Below are positions 50,594 through 62,444 of a stretch of 64,000 nucleotides of DNA, piece by piece. Source of the stretch: Bryobacterales bacterium (GTDB lineage Bacteria; Acidobacteriota; Terriglobia; Bryobacterales; UBA6623); NCBI GenBank assembly GCA_963422375.2, contig OY729428.2, positions 1,344,001 to 1,408,000 on the forward strand, given 5' to 3'. The first letter of the stretch is position 1. Every line of letters begins with the position of its first letter. Made by a program: the position numbers and the translations under genes. The notes below the pieces were generated by a model that saw only the letters and a program-made list of their open reading frames with translations, searched no databases and had not been told where the DNA came from.

Positions 50594-52237
50594 CTAGCGC
50601 GTCTCCGGAACGATCCCCGTGCGGCTCGCGTAATCGTCCCACTCGGCAGCGAGTCGCTGGACCACGTCCGGATGCCGTGCCGCCACGTCCGTCGTTTCCG
50701 TGCGGTCGTCCCTGAGGTTGTAGAGCTCCCACTGGATGTCCTTGGGCATCCTCTTGCCCCGTACGGCCTTCCAGTCCCCTTGGATAACCGCTCGCGCGGC
50801 TTGGTGCTCGAAATACAGGGTGCGGGAAGGCAGCCGCCCGCCGTCGAAGGCCGACAGCAGGCTCAGACCTTCCTCGGGTTGGACGGAACGCCCGGCGAAG
50901 TCCGTCGGGTACTCTGCGCCCGCGACCGCCCGCAGGGTCGGCATGACGTCGACGATGTGGCCCCGCTCGCGCACCCAACTGCCCGCGTTGCGGATGCCTT
51001 CCGGCCAGTGCGCGATGAAGGGCGTGGCCGACCCGCCCTCGTGCGTGAAGTGCTTGTACAGACGGAACGGCGTGTTGCCGAGGTTCGCCCAGCCGCTGCC
51101 GTAGGAATGGTACGTGCCCGGGCCGCCCATCTTGCGCAGATCCTCGCCGATGTGCAGGACGGTCACGCCCTGCCGGCTGCGCTGGTCGAAGCCGTACGGC
51201 CCCCACTCGTAGCAGGCCCCGTTGTCGCTTAGGAGCATGATCAGCGTGTTGTCGAAGTCGCCGGTGTCCTTGAGGTGCCCGACGATCCTCCCGAGGCCTC
51301 GGTCGACGTGCTCGACCATGGCCGCGAACAGTGCCATCCTGCGTGCGAGGTCCTTGCGGCGTGGCTCGTTGATCGAGTCCCAGGCCGGATTCGGCTGGCC
51401 CGAGAATCCGTTCGCGATGTCGTCGCGGTCGACAGGTACCAGCGACCGCTGGGTGAGATTCCAACCGCTGCCGGCCACGAGGCCGATTCGCCGCATGCGC
51501 GCGTAACGCTCCTCGCGCAGCACGTCCCATCCGCGCATGTAGGTGCCGAAGTACTTGTCCGCGCTCTCGGCCGGGGCCTGGACCGGGAAGTGGGGCGAAG
51601 AATGCCCGAGGAAGACGAACCAGGGCCGGTCGCGCTGCTGGCCCTGCCGGATGAACTCCAGAGCGTACTCGCTGAACACGTCGGTCGCGTAGAACGCGCC
51701 TGGCGGGGGATCGATCTCCTTGTTACGGCCGGCCGGCATCCGCTGGTAGTACGCGCCGTCCCACTGGTCATGCGAGTGATCGAACGCGTAGCCGTAGAAC
51801 TCCTCGAAGCCGCGCTTGGTCGGGCCGGTCTTGTCGTGCAGGTGCCATTTGCCGACGTAGTAGCAGCTGTACCCGGCGTTTCCCAGCACCTCGCCGAGCG
51901 TGACGCAGCGGTCGTTCAGCCGCCCGAGATAGGCGGGTCCCCGCGTGGCGTGCGGCTCGCGGGTCGTGAAGCTGGCGATGCCGGTCTGCGGCGGGTACAG
52001 GCCGGTCATCAGGGACGCCCGGCTCGGGCAGCAGCGCGACGAATTGTAGAAGGACTCGAACCGCACGCCTCCCTCGGCCAGCGCGTCGATGTTGGGGGTG
52101 TCGATCTCGCCCCCGTAGCAGCCGAGATCCGAGTAGCCGAGATCGTCCAGCAGGACGATGATGACGTTGGGCCGGGTCGCGGAGGCTGCCGGCAGCGATC
52201 CGACCAGTAGCGCGGCGGCGATGGCAAGGCGTCTCAT
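50594..52237 (-). CDS. Arylsulfatase
   Basis: LLDDLGYSD, CCPSRASLMTG, GKWH, SDNGA, HEGG. Confidence 0.95.
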   Translation of the reverse strand: MRRLAIAAALLVGSLPAASATRPNVIIVLLDDLGYSDLGCYGGEIDTPNIDALAEGGVRFESFYNSSRCCPSRASLMTGLYPPQTGIASFTTREPHATRGPAYLGRLNDRCVTLGEVLGNAGYSCYYVGKWHLHDKTGPTKRGFEEFYGYAFDHSHDQWDGAYYQRMPAGRNKEIDPPPGAFYATDVFSEYALEFIRQGQQRDRPWFVFLGHSSPHFPVQAPAESADKYFGTYMRGWDVLREERYARMRRIGLVAGSGWNLTQRSLVPVDRDDIANGFSGQPNPAWDSINEPRRKDLARRMALFAAMVEHVDRGLGRIVGHLKDTGDFDNTLIMLLSDNGACYEWGPYGFDQRSRQGVTVLHIGEDLRKMGGPGTYHSYGSGWANLGNTPFRLYKHFTHEGGSATPFIAHWPEGIRNAGSWVRERGHIVDVMPTLRAVAGAEYPTDFAGRSVQPEEGLSLLSAFDGGRLPSRTLYFEHQAARAVIQGDWKAVRGKRMPKDIQWELYNLRDDRTETTDVAARHPDVVQRLAAEWDDYASRTGIVPETR

Positions 52238-52386
52238 GGCGAAGGGCGTTCCTGATCCCGGACGGCAGGACCTGCCGCCCAAGCTACGCAGCATCTTACC
52301 CGAGAGGGCCCGGCCCGCCGACGGGTGCGCGAGCGGGGCTCCCGGTGCGGTCCGCGACAGCGGCAGGACAGGTCGTCCCAGCCCGC

Positions 52387-53430
52387 TCAGACCCCCATGC
52401 CGCTGGCCTGCAGCACGGCTCGCTGGACGGCTAGGTCGTGGGAAGGCGTGAAGTGCTCGACCCAGCGCCCCTCGCGAATGGCACCCGCGAGGTCGTCCAG
52501 GTCCGGAAGGTAGCGCGGGGACGGCCCGACCTCGACGCTGTACGTGCCCGTCGAGAACCCGCCATGCGGCTCGCTGAGCGAGAGCCTGACCTTCGGCCGG
52601 TCGGGGTCGTCAATCTGGATCGAGCCCTTCTCGCCGAACACGTAGAAGTAGCGCTCGCCATCCCTCGTGTGACTCTTGACCGTCGCGACCGCGGGCTCGA
52701 ACTCCAACGTGGCCAGCACGTCGTCCTCGAATTGGTCGAGGTGCTGGTTGGTCTTCCGCAGCACCGAGCTGACGCGCGACGGCTCGCCCATCAGCCACAG
52801 CAGCGCGTCGATCATGTGGCAGCAGATTTCGTACATCTGGCCGCCGGGATACCGGTCGAGACGCCGTCGGCCCTCCGGAGTCTGCATGTCGTTCATCTGG
52901 CACACGACCGAGCGCACGGGCCCCAGCCATCCGCCCTCGATGGCGCGCCGCGCCAGGCGAAAGGCCGGGTTGTACCGGTACACGTAGCCGATTTGGACTA
53001 TGACGCCTCGATCCTGCGCCTCCCGGTAAATGCGCCTGAGCAGGCCGAAGTTGACTCCCGGCGGCTTGTCGATCTTAGTGTGCTTGCCCGCGCTGACGCA
53101 GGCCAGCGAGTGCGGCAGCGAGTCGAACGGGTCGGTCTCGACGCAGACCACGCTGATCGCGTTGTCGGCGAGGATCTCTTCCACGGAGGTCCACCGGACA
53201 CCGTCCCATCGCGAATTCGCCTTCGCCCGCTCGAGTAGCCCCGCATCCGGCTCGGCGGCGGCGACGAAGTCGTAATTCCGCGACGCGCGGATCGCTTCCA
53301 TGTGGCCGAGGGCATGGGAATGCGCCGTGCCGATGATGGCCGCTCCGAGGCGCTCCGCCCCCGCGGCCGGCGAGCTGGCGGCGACGCCGCCTAGCGCGAC
53401 GCCGAGGGCCTGTCGACGAGTGACTTGCAT
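52387..53430 (-). CDS. Gfo/Idh/MocA oxidoreductase, Tat-exported
   Basis: TRRQAL; AGKHTKIDKP; GYVYRYNP; CHMID. Confidence 0.88.
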   Translation of the reverse strand: MQVTRRQALGVALGGVAASSPAAGAERLGAAIIGTAHSHALGHMEAIRASRNYDFVAAAEPDAGLLERAKANSRWDGVRWTSVEEILADNAISVVCVETDPFDSLPHSLACVSAGKHTKIDKPPGVNFGLLRRIYREAQDRGVIVQIGYVYRYNPAFRLARRAIEGGWLGPVRSVVCQMNDMQTPEGRRRLDRYPGGQMYEICCHMIDALLWLMGEPSRVSSVLRKTNQHLDQFEDDVLATLEFEPAVATVKSHTRDGERYFYVFGEKGSIQIDDPDRPKVRLSLSEPHGGFSTGTYSVEVGPSPRYLPDLDDLAGAIREGRWVEHFTPSHDLAVQRAVLQASGMGV

Positions 53431-53675
53431 GCTCAGCCTCCTTCCATGCCGATCGGTACCCGACCGGCAGCAAGTAGGCTAGCCGCCCGTCGCGCCGGAT
53501 GCAAGGCGGCGGGCGAGCGACGGCAACGGCACGCTCTCGCGGGCTCGGGACGACAAGTGCGCCTAGGACCGCTCGCAGCGCGGTCCGATCGCGGGCCTGT
53601 ACTACTCTGGGACTTGCGCTCGCCCTCGCTGAGCGCCCGGCGGGCTCCCCGAGGTCCGAGTTGATTGGAGGATCC

Positions 53676-54446
53676 GTGCGCGTCCCTGTCGTAGCGGGAA
53701 ACTGGAAGATGCACAAGACGGCCCCCGAAGCGGCTGCCTTCGTGAAGGCGCTCGCGCCGGCGGCCGCCGAGGCGACGGACCGCGAGGTCGTCGTCGCCCC
53801 GCCATTCACGGCCTTGCAGGCTGCCGTCGAGGCTGCGGAGGGAACCTCCGTCCACATCAGCGCCCAGAACCTGCACTGGGAGGCACACGGCGCCTATACC
53901 GGCGAGGTGTCCGCAGGGATGCTGGCTGCTATCGGCTGCACCCACGTCATCGTCGGCCATAGCGAGCGCAGGCAGTACTTCGGCGAGACCGACGGCACGG
54001 TGCATCTGAAGATTCTGGCCGCCCTTGAAGCGGGCCTGACACCGATCGTCTGCGTCGGGGAGACGCTGGCCCAGCGCGAGGCCGGCAACACCGAGACGGT
54101 GCTCGCCGAGCAGTTCGCCGGCGGCATGGGCGCTCTGGAGCCCGGCCAGTTCGGCCAGCTGGTCCTCGCCTACGAGCCGGTGTGGGCGATCGGCACCGGG
54201 CGCACCGCCACGCCCGCGACCGCCGAGGCGGCCCACGTCACCCTGCGCTCGCTGTCGGCAGACCGGTTCGGCCGGGATGCAGCGGACAGGCTGCGCATCC
54301 TGTACGGCGGCAGCGTCAAGCCCGCCAATTTCCCCGGACTGCTGGGACGGGACGGGATCGATGGGGGTTTGGTGGGCGGCGCTAGCTTGGACCCCGGGTC
54401 GTTCGCAGCGCTGGTCCGCGCAAGGCCCGAGGCCGAACAGGCATAA
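53676..54446 (+). CDS. tpiA: Triosephosphate isomerase
   Basis: [36 protein letters not shown]. Confidence 0.98.
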   Translation: MRVPVVAGNWKMHKTAPEAAAFVKALAPAAAEATDREVVVAPPFTALQAAVEAAEGTSVHISAQNLHWEAHGAYTGEVSAGMLAAIGCTHVIVGHSERRQYFGETDGTVHLKILAALEAGLTPIVCVGETLAQREAGNTETVLAEQFAGGMGALEPGQFGQLVLAYEPVWAIGTGRTATPATAEAAHVTLRSLSADRFGRDAADRLRILYGGSVKPANFPGLLGRDGIDGGLVGGASLDPGSFAALVRARPEAEQA

Positions 54447-54456
54447 TGGAAGAGAG

Positions 54457-54828
54457 ATGGTGATTCTGCTGACGATCCTGCACGTCGCGGTGAGCCTGTT
54501 CCTCATCATCGTCGTCCTCCTGCAAAGCGGCAAGGCTGCGGACCTCGCCGGAGCATTCGGCGGCATGGGTTCGCAGACGGCCTTCGGGCCGCGAGGAGCA
54601 GCGACGGTCCTGTCGAAGGCGACGACGACCGCGGCCGTGCTATTCATGCTGACCTCGATTTCGCTCGGGATTTGGCAGGGGCGCAACATCGTCGGCCAGT
54701 CCGTCATCGAGCGCACGGGCGTCGGCGAGGAGTCTGAGGAGGCCGCCCCGGAATCCTCGGAGGCCGAGGCTCCCGTTGCCCCGGCGAGCGAGGCCCCCGG
54801 GACGGAAGACAGCGACGCCCAGGAATAG
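54457..54828 (+). CDS. secG: Preprotein translocase subunit SecG
   Basis: [23 protein letters not shown]; conserved tpiA-secG-tRNA-Leu synteny. Confidence 0.95.
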   Translation: MVILLTILHVAVSLFLIIVVLLQSGKAADLAGAFGGMGSQTAFGPRGAATVLSKATTTAAVLFMLTSISLGIWQGRNIVGQSVIERTGVGEESEEAAPESSEAEAPVAPASEAPGTEDSDAQE

Positions 54829-54878
54829 GGTCGGTGTCGCGGCGAGAGTCGCGTGCGCGGGCCGGTTCGGGGCAACTT

Positions 54879-54966
54879 GCGGAGGTGGCGGAATTTGGCA
54901 GACGCGCTAGCTTGAGGTGCTAGTGGGAGCAATCCCTTGGGGGTTCGAGTCCCCCTCTCCGCACCA
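54879..54966 (+). tRNA. tRNA-Leu(GAG)
   Basis: GCGGAGG acceptor stem, CTAGC-TTGAGGT-GCTAG anticodon arm, long variable arm, GTTCGAGT T-loop, encoded CCA. Confidence 0.96.
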
Positions 54967-55075
54967 TGCCCGGAAGGCTGTCCGTGCAACGCCGATTCCA
55001 CCCCGTTGCACGGCTACTGGCGGCTGGCGCCGCCCGGCCGGGGCAGTTTCCGGTTACAATCGTTGCCGCCTTGCG

Positions 55076-56311
55076 ATGAAGCCGTCTCAGCCGAGCATCT
55101 CCCGCGCCGGTCGACGGCCGCCCTGCCGATTCGGACCCGACTGCTCGGTCCCCCGAGCTCTGCTCGCGGCGGCGTTCGCAATAGGGTTGGGATCCTGCGA
55201 CCGCGACGCGCCCGCTCCCGCGGGCCCGCTCTTTTCGGACCAGCCGGTCTGGAGCAGCCGCACGTCGGTGTCCGGCGGCGACGGCATCGCCCGCTTCATC
55301 GACCTGGACCGCGACGGGGACCTGGACTTCGTGACGAGCGCCCCCGGACCGCGCCGCTGGGTCGCCTATCTGAACACCGACGGTGCGCTGGCCACGGAGC
55401 CGGTCTGGGAGTCGGCGGAGACGACGGACTGCGATCACGTGGATGTGCTCGACTTCGACGGCGACGGGTGGACGGACCTGGCCGGCACGCACGAGAGCTA
55501 CTGCACGCTCTTTCTGAATCGCGAGGGGGTGTTCGCGGCGACGCCCGACTGGGAGACCGGTCTGATCGCGAACGCCAATCAGATGGACTTCGGGGACTAC
55601 GACCGCGACGGGGACCTCGACATGGTGATGGCGGTGGGCGAGCCCGTCTACGGCGTTGCCCTGTTCGAGAACGGGACCGGCATGCCGTCCCCGCTGGTGA
55701 CCCGCAAGCTCGGGCGGGACGAGTACTCCGAGACCGCGATCTTCGCCGACTACGACCGCGACGGGGACCTCGACATCATCTCGGCCTACCGCGGCGGCGA
55801 CATCGCGGTGTTTCTAAACGCGGACGGGCAATTCGAGGACAGCACGACGGTCTTCGAGGACCGTCGGAACCCGTGGACGCAGCGGCTCTACTGGCGCGAC
55901 CTCGACGGCGACGGACGGGAGGAGATCTTTTGCGCCAAGGGCCCTTGGGGAGGGCAGGTCGGGACCAGTTTGCGGCTCGCGGTCGGCGAGGGGAGCGCCG
56001 GGGCCGAAGTGCTGTGGGCCAGCCCAGAGGACACTGCGTTTCACGGATTCGAGTTCGGCGACGTGGACGGGGACGGCGACCTCGACATGGTTGCCGCCGA
56101 CTATGCCGACGGCGGGGCGCTGCACCTCTACCTAGCTGACCGCGGAACGATCCCTGCCGAGCCTGCTTGGTCGGTCAAGACCACGGGCCCGGCCCACGAG
56201 GCCGTGCTCGGGGACCTCGACGGGGACGGCGATCTCGACCTAGCCGTAGGCTGCCGCGACCAGGCCCATGTGTTCGATAACCTCCTCGCCGGGAGTGCCG
56301 GGAGTTCCTAG
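55076..56311 (+). CDS. FG-GAP/VCBS repeat protein, probable lipoprotein
   Basis: Multiple DxDxDGDLD motifs; LGSC lipobox; start codon uncertain. Confidence 0.85.
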   Translation: MKPSQPSISRAGRRPPCRFGPDCSVPRALLAAAFAIGLGSCDRDAPAPAGPLFSDQPVWSSRTSVSGGDGIARFIDLDRDGDLDFVTSAPGPRRWVAYLNTDGALATEPVWESAETTDCDHVDVLDFDGDGWTDLAGTHESYCTLFLNREGVFAATPDWETGLIANANQMDFGDYDRDGDLDMVMAVGEPVYGVALFENGTGMPSPLVTRKLGRDEYSETAIFADYDRDGDLDIISAYRGGDIAVFLNADGQFEDSTTVFEDRRNPWTQRLYWRDLDGDGREEIFCAKGPWGGQVGTSLRLAVGEGSAGAEVLWASPEDTAFHGFEFGDVDGDGDLDMVAADYADGGALHLYLADRGTIPAEPAWSVKTTGPAHEAVLGDLDGDGDLDLAVGCRDQAHVFDNLLAGSAGSS

Positions 56312-56357
56312 GCGCCTGCGCGAGCTGCCGCGATCATTGTGATCCAAGGGTGTGTCT

Positions 56358-56804
56358 ATGCCGGAGAGGCTGGTGCTGCGCTATTCAAAGCTGCTCGAAA
56401 GTGCTATCGCTCCCGCGTTCGCGCACGGGGACGCCGAGGACGCGGGCATGGATCTCTTCGCGGCGGAAGATTCCGTGCTGGAGCCCATGCGGTGGAGGAG
56501 CGTCCGGACGGGAATCTGCATCGAAATTCCCGATGGCTACGAAGGCCAGGTGCGGCCGCGCAGCGGCCTCGCCCGCGACCACGGGCTGACGCTGCTGAAC
56601 AGCCCCGGCACCATTGACCCCGGATACCGGGGCGAGGTGCGCGTCACGCTGATCAATTTCGGCACCGAGTGCTACCGCGTGGCCAAGGGCGACCGCATCG
56701 CGCAGCTCGTCATCGGCCGCTACGCCGGCGTGGAGTGGACGCTGGCGGAGTCCCTAGCCCGCAGTCGTCGGGGCAACGGCGGTTTCGGATCGACGGGCCG
56801 CTGA
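56358..56804 (+). CDS. dut: dUTP diphosphatase
   Basis: AGMDL, RPRSGLA, GTIDPGYRGE, RIAQ, RGNGGFGSTG. Confidence 0.97.
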   Translation: MPERLVLRYSKLLESAIAPAFAHGDAEDAGMDLFAAEDSVLEPMRWRSVRTGICIEIPDGYEGQVRPRSGLARDHGLTLLNSPGTIDPGYRGEVRVTLINFGTECYRVAKGDRIAQLVIGRYAGVEWTLAESLARSRRGNGGFGSTGR

Positions 56805-56828
56805 GCAGGCCCGCGCCGTGCGGGCGGG

Positions 56829-59297
56829 CTACTGTCGGTACAGGAATTCGTTGAGGTTGAACAGCGTCTGGCAGAGGTCCACCAGCCCGGTGGGCGTGCT
56901 CTCCAGGAATGCCACGGCCCTCGCGCGCTCGCTCTCGTCCGGTCCGCGGGACAGCGCCAGCCGGAAGGCGCGGTCCGCCTGCGCGCCCGCGTCCGGCCCG
57001 GCCTCGAGCGCCACGCGCTGCGCGAAGTGCTTGGCCTGCGTGAGCACCTCGGCGTTGTTCATCAGCAGCAGGGCCTGCGGGGCTACGGTCGAGCGGGTGC
57101 GGCGGCTGCAGGAGGAAACCATGTCTGGCTGGTCGAAGGCCTCGAAGAGCGGGTAGCGAATCGAGCGCTTGGAGAACACGTAGATGCTGCGCCGCCAGCT
57201 GGCCGGATCGCCGATCGCCATGCCCGGCCAGGTCCGGAAGGTGCTGGACTGGAACAGGGTCGGGTCGATGTACGGCCGAACGGCCGGCCCGCCGACCGAG
57301 CGGTCCAGCGTGCCGGCGACGGCCATGATCTGGTCGCGGATGACCTCGACCTCGTGCCGGTTGCGGCTCTGCCGCCAGAAGTACCTGTTCGTGGCGTCCT
57401 TGGCTAGGTTCTCCGGCAGGTCGCGGCTCGCCATGCGATACGCCTCCGACGTGAGCAATAGGCGGTGCATGTGCTTCACCGACCAGCCCGAGCGGACGAA
57501 TTCCGTGGAGAGCCAGTCAAGCAGCTCGGGATGGGACGGCTGCATGCCGGTCTTGCCGAAGTTGCTGGGAGTTCGGACGATGCCCTCGCCGAAGTGGTGC
57601 TGCCAGATGCGGTTGACCATGACGCGGGCCGTCAGGGGGTTGTCCTCGGATGCGATCCATTCGGCAAAGTGCCGCCGTCGCCAGCTGGTGCTGGCTGCCG
57701 CGGGCGGGGGCTGGAAGGCGGGCTCTGCCCGGGCCGCGACGGTGAGAACGCCCGGATCCATCCGCGAGCCCTTGGAGCCGGGGTCGCCGCGGTGCAGGAA
57801 GTAGGACGGCAGCGGGTCCCTGCTGTCTTCCGTCACCGTGCGGGCGGTCGGGTACGGTTTCGGCCGCTGGTCCTCGAGGGCCTTGATGGCGCGCTCGGCC
57901 TCCCGGTAATCCGCCAGCTCGGCCGCTTCCATCCGCTCGACGATGTCCGCAGGGACGATTTGCTTGTATAGCGCGTCGACTTGGCGCGCGTTCAGCCGCT
58001 GCGCCTTGGTGCGCTCGTCGGCCGGCGTCTCCCAGGCTGTCCGGTAGTAGGCCGGAAGGCCGTCAAGGGTGGCTTGGAACAGGAAGTCGCGGTGGGGCTT
58101 CTCGAGTTCTTCCTTGCGCTGCTTGAGCGGCTTCTGCTGTTCGGAAATCGACTTGTTGAGATCCTCGTGCCTGCGCACCTCCGCGTCGGGCACGAGCGGG
58201 TAGTCGATCTCCTTGGTCGAGAAGAACACCGCCTGCATGCGGTAGTAGTCCTTCTGGGGGATGGGGTCGAACTTGTGGTCGTGGCAGCGGGCGCACTGCG
58301 CCGTGACCGCTAGGAAGGCCTGCGCCGTCGTCGCGACGTTGTCGTCGAGTTCGTCCATGCGCGTGCGCTCGTCCTTGATGTTGTTGTCCAGCACCATGCG
58401 CAGGTAGCCCGTGGCGATGTTGGCCTCGTCCGAGTCGGGGGCGATCTCGTCGCCGGCGATCTGCTCCCGAATGAACTGGTCGTAGGGCTTGTCGGCGTTG
58501 AACGCCTCGACGACGTAGTCGCGGTACCGCCACATGGTTGGCCAGTCGAAGTCTCTCTCGTACCCCCCGGAATCGGCGTAATGCACAAGGTCGAGCCAGT
58601 GCCGGCCCCAGCGCTCGCCGTAGTGCGGCGACTCGAGCAGGCTGTCCACCAAGTTGGTCCACGCGTCCGGGGAATCGTCGTTGGCGAACGATTCCACCTC
58701 TTCAGGGGACGGCGGCAGGCCGGTCAGGTCCAGGTACACGCGACGGACTAGCGTGCGCTTGTCGGCGGATCCGCCCTTGGCGAGACCGTGCTCGCGGAGC
58801 TTGGCGTCTATGAAGACATCCACCGGGTGACCGTCGCCGGGCACCGCGGGCCGCTTGGGAGGGACGAACGCCCACCAGGCCCGCTCTTCCTCGGTGATCG
58901 GACGGTCTTCCAGCTTGCGCAGCGCCTTGAGGCGCTCCGCCTCTTCGTCGGTGACCGACGATTCCGGCATCGGAGCGCCTGCCATGATCCATTTCCTCAG
59001 CACCTCGACCTTGGCGTCGGGCAGCTTGCCGCCGGGCGGCATGAAGGGTTTGGTTTCGTGCGTCACCAGCTTCCAGAGCCAGCTGCCGCTGAGGCTGGCG
59101 CCGGTGACGGCCGCCCCTCTCTCGCCGCCGAGGATGATCCTGTCGCGGGTACGCAGGTCGAGACCGGACTGCTGGATAGCCGCCCCGTGGCAAATCTGGC
59201 AGTTCTCCTCGAGGATGGCGTTGGCCTGATCGGCGAGGCCGGACGCCGCCGTGACGGCCGGAACGGCGGCGAGCAGGGCGAGGATTCCGATGTGCAT
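56829..59297 (-). CDS. Planctomycete cytochrome c + DUF1549/DUF1553 (PSD1) protein
   Basis: [53 protein letters not shown]. Confidence 0.93.
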   Translation of the reverse strand: MHIGILALLAAVPAVTAASGLADQANAILEENCQICHGAAIQQSGLDLRTRDRIILGGERGAAVTGASLSGSWLWKLVTHETKPFMPPGGKLPDAKVEVLRKWIMAGAPMPESSVTDEEAERLKALRKLEDRPITEEERAWWAFVPPKRPAVPGDGHPVDVFIDAKLREHGLAKGGSADKRTLVRRVYLDLTGLPPSPEEVESFANDDSPDAWTNLVDSLLESPHYGERWGRHWLDLVHYADSGGYERDFDWPTMWRYRDYVVEAFNADKPYDQFIREQIAGDEIAPDSDEANIATGYLRMVLDNNIKDERTRMDELDDNVATTAQAFLAVTAQCARCHDHKFDPIPQKDYYRMQAVFFSTKEIDYPLVPDAEVRRHEDLNKSISEQQKPLKQRKEELEKPHRDFLFQATLDGLPAYYRTAWETPADERTKAQRLNARQVDALYKQIVPADIVERMEAAELADYREAERAIKALEDQRPKPYPTARTVTEDSRDPLPSYFLHRGDPGSKGSRMDPGVLTVAARAEPAFQPPPAAASTSWRRRHFAEWIASEDNPLTARVMVNRIWQHHFGEGIVRTPSNFGKTGMQPSHPELLDWLSTEFVRSGWSVKHMHRLLLTSEAYRMASRDLPENLAKDATNRYFWRQSRNRHEVEVIRDQIMAVAGTLDRSVGGPAVRPYIDPTLFQSSTFRTWPGMAIGDPASWRRSIYVFSKRSIRYPLFEAFDQPDMVSSCSRRTRSTVAPQALLLMNNAEVLTQAKHFAQRVALEAGPDAGAQADRAFRLALSRGPDESERARAVAFLESTPTGLVDLCQTLFNLNEFLYRQ

Positions 59298-59434
59298 GTC
59301 TCTGTCCATTCTTACCGCGCTGGCCCGCGCATGCAACCGATTGCGGCTTCCCGCGCCGCGAGAGACCCGGAATCGCGGCGGGGAGGGCTCGGTACAAGGC
59401 GTTCCTATACTAGACTTGGCGGGGACTCGCGGCG

Positions 59435-60586
59435 ATGCGCCGATGCTATTTCGACCACAATGCGACCACACCGGTCGCACCCCGGGTGGTCGAGTGCATG
59501 CTGCCCCACTTCGGGGAAGTCTACGGAAACGCGTCGAGCCTCCATGCTTTCGGGCAGCAGGCTAGGCAGGGGGTCGAGCTCGCGCGCAGGCAGGTCGCGG
59601 AGCAGCTCGGATGCGAGGCCCGCGACATCGTGTTCACCAGCGGCGGCACGGAGGCCGATAATCTGGCGGTCTTCGGGACGGTGCGACGGAGTCGGCGCCG
59701 CTCGCGGCACGTCATCACGACGATGATCGAGCATCCCGCTGTGCTCAACGCCTGCCAGCAACTCGAGCGGGAGGGCGCTGCGGTGACCTATCTCCCGGCC
59801 GGGCCAGACGGGCTCGTGTCGCCCGATGCCGTGCGAGCGGCCCTGCGGGAGGACACGGTTCTCGTGACGGTTATGCATGCCAATAACGAGCTCGGGTCGT
59901 TGCAGCCGATCCGCGAGATCGGCGAGGTAGCCCGGGCGGCCGGCATCCCGCTCCACTCCGATGGCGTCCAGAGTTTCGGCAAGGTCGCCACACGGGTCAA
60001 GGATCTCGGGGTGGACATGTACAGCGTCAGCGGGCACAAGATCTACGGCCCGAAGGGCGTCGGCGCGCTCTACATCCGCAGGGGCCTGCAAGTCGACAAG
60101 GTGCAGTACGGCGGGAGCCACGAGAGCGACCGCCGGCCGGGCACGGAGAACGTGCCCGGCATTGTCGGGCTGGGGGCGGCGGCGGAACTGGCCGGAGCGG
60201 CGAGAAGGGCGGAAGCGGCGCGGGTCGGGGCGTTGCGAGACCGCATGGAGCGGGCGATTCTGGACGGCATCCCGGATGCGCACGTCCACGCGGGCGGCTC
60301 TCCGCGCCTGCCCACGACTTCCAGCATCCGATTTGACGGAGTCGAGTCCGAGCCGCTGCTGATTTCCTTGGACCTGCACGGATTCGCGGTATCGAGCGGG
60401 TCTGCCTGCTCCAGCGGGAAGGTCGAGCCGTCGCACGTGCTGTCGGCCATCGGGCTGAGTCGCATGGAGGCGAAGTCGACTCTGCGCTTCTCGCTGGGAA
60501 AGGGAACGGATGAGGGCCAGGTCGACGCGCTCCTCGAGACGCTGCCGGGCATCGTGGCACGGCTGCGGGCACTCGCGCCCGCCTGA
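59435..60586 (+). CDS. iscS: Cysteine desulfurase (IscS/NifS class I)
   Basis: YFDHNATTP, FTSGGTE, SGHKIYGPKG, SSGSACSS. Confidence 0.9.
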   Translation: MRRCYFDHNATTPVAPRVVECMLPHFGEVYGNASSLHAFGQQARQGVELARRQVAEQLGCEARDIVFTSGGTEADNLAVFGTVRRSRRRSRHVITTMIEHPAVLNACQQLEREGAAVTYLPAGPDGLVSPDAVRAALREDTVLVTVMHANNELGSLQPIREIGEVARAAGIPLHSDGVQSFGKVATRVKDLGVDMYSVSGHKIYGPKGVGALYIRRGLQVDKVQYGGSHESDRRPGTENVPGIVGLGAAAELAGAARRAEAARVGALRDRMERAILDGIPDAHVHAGGSPRLPTTSSIRFDGVESEPLLISLDLHGFAVSSGSACSSGKVEPSHVLSAIGLSRMEAKSTLRFSLGKGTDEGQVDALLETLPGIVARLRALAPA

Positions 60587-60792
60587 ATTCCGGGTAGGAC
60601 GGTCCCGCGTCGGCCCGTCGGAACGGTCAGAACTCGGCCGGCACAAATCGGATCTGGCCGGGTGCCGGTTCCTCGGCTTGATCTGGCCGGCTCGCCGAAT
60701 GAGATGTGACCGCACTGAGGTCGTCCAGCGGGTCGGTGCGGGCAACGTGCGGATGGACTACTCTGGGGGTGTACCGAGGAGGCGAAACGATC

Positions 60793-61758
60793 ATGGCGTT
60801 CAAGAGTGCTTGGATATTGGTTGCGATGGCGTTGGCAGTCTCGACGATGGGCGCAGGACCCGGTCCGCCCACGAAGGAACTCAAGTCTCTGGCGTTTGCC
60901 AAGCGGCATCAAGAGGCGCGGGCTCTTTTCGAACGCGTCTGCCCATGCGAGCGCCCGCTCGGCCCGGAATGGCTGGAGGCCATGTCGTGGGTAGGCAGGG
61001 CCGGAGCGATCGGCGAGGACTGGAATCTTGCCGCGGAGTACTCGAGGAGAACCTTGGACGAATGCGAGTGGCTCCTTGAGAGCAGGGCACTCGACGAGGA
61101 CGCGCAGGCGCCATTCCCGATCGCGCTCGGAGCCGCCATCGAGACGATGGGGAAGTTCCATGTCGCGAAGGGCGACCGCGGCCGCGCCGTGGCGTACTTG
61201 CGGGACCAGCTCGAGAAGTACGGCGGAACTTCGATTGAGACGCGGCTCAACAAGAACCTGTTGGTTCTCGATCTGGCGGGCAGGCCGATGCCCGTGCTCG
61301 ACACGGGCGAGTGGCTGGGGGAGGCCCGCTTCGCAGCAGAGGATCTGAGTGGCAAGGTCACGCTGTTCTTTTTCTGGGCGCACTGGTGCGAGGACTGCGA
61401 GGCCCAGAAGCCGGCTGTTGCGGGCCTCGCGCGACGGTACGCGGACCACGGATTCCGGGTCGTAGCCCCGACTCGTCTTTACGGGTACATCCAACGGGGC
61501 CGGGATGCGGCTCCGACGGCGGAGCGAGAGTACATCCGGAGGCAGCACGTCACCAAGGACGAATTCTTGCGAGAGGTGCCCGTGCCGCTAAGCACGAAGA
61601 ACTTTGTCTCGTTTGGCGTCAGTTCCACGCCTACGCTGGTCCTAGTGGATCGGAGCGGCACCGTCCGCCTCTATCACCCGGGCGAGATGGACCCGGCTGA
61701 CTTGGCTCGCAGGATTGAGACGCTCTTGGCTTCAAGCGGACCGACCGGCGGACTCTAA
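60793..61758 (+). CDS. TlpA-like thioredoxin with N-terminal helical domain
   Basis: Signal peptide; FWAHWCEDC; FGVSSTPTLVLVD. Confidence 0.85.
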   Translation: MAFKSAWILVAMALAVSTMGAGPGPPTKELKSLAFAKRHQEARALFERVCPCERPLGPEWLEAMSWVGRAGAIGEDWNLAAEYSRRTLDECEWLLESRALDEDAQAPFPIALGAAIETMGKFHVAKGDRGRAVAYLRDQLEKYGGTSIETRLNKNLLVLDLAGRPMPVLDTGEWLGEARFAAEDLSGKVTLFFFWAHWCEDCEAQKPAVAGLARRYADHGFRVVAPTRLYGYIQRGRDAAPTAEREYIRRQHVTKDEFLREVPVPLSTKNFVSFGVSSTPTLVLVDRSGTVRLYHPGEMDPADLARRIETLLASSGPTGGL

Positions 61759-62013
61759 TGCTATAGCGACTGATCGCGCAGACCGTGGCTGGTGCGACTT
61801 CGTTGTACCGCGGTGCTTGCCGTGAAGATGCCGCGCTGGAGGGACTGCGGCGTCGCGGCTGCGAGCCAAACAAGCGCTCCCTGCCTGCCGGAAAGCAGCC
61901 TGATTCCTCCGAAAATACCCTGCACCTCTCAATACCAGAGATCCGAGTGCAAACTCCCCTACCCGAGCTGGAGCACAGGACGTCTGCGGCCGAGCCCGGA
62001 TAGTTCATAAGTA

Positions 62014-62268
62014 GTGCCCGTGATAAAACTCGTATCCCCTTGACACCAAAGGCGTTGGGGCCAATCTCTCAAGGCGAAGATTTCGCTGGAATGCTACGAC
62101 TAGTCCGAAATCCTGGCGATTCTGGGTAGAGGGCGGAAATCTTCGCGATTGGCGGCTGAGCAACTTCCGACCTTGGGCGCTATATGTTGTGTTTGCGGCT
62201 CCATTCGACCTCAGGATGTAGTATGAAATGCTGATCGGGCCAGAATTCAGGGGTTTTGTCGCAAGCAC
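62014..62268. mobile_element. 255-bp MITE, copy 2
   Basis: TIRs GTGCCCGTGATAAAAC / GTTTTGTCGCAAGCAC; TAAGTA on both flanks. Confidence 0.85.
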
Positions 62269-62444
62269 TAAGTAGCCGGGAGGCCATAGTCCGGTCCCTT
62301 CGCCCGGGTCGTGAGGGCCTCCGGTCCGGCGCAATCCTCGCTCTTACGAGTGCCCTGCGATCCCCGGCGGCAACCCCGGCTCGGTCCGGAAGAGATCCAA
62401 GTCTATTAACTGCAACTGTTTTCAGCCGGTAGGTGATATTGAAT

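Noticed and set aside
54879..55075. tRNA-Leu as an island integration site
   Set aside because: No integrase or duplicated tRNA 3' end downstream
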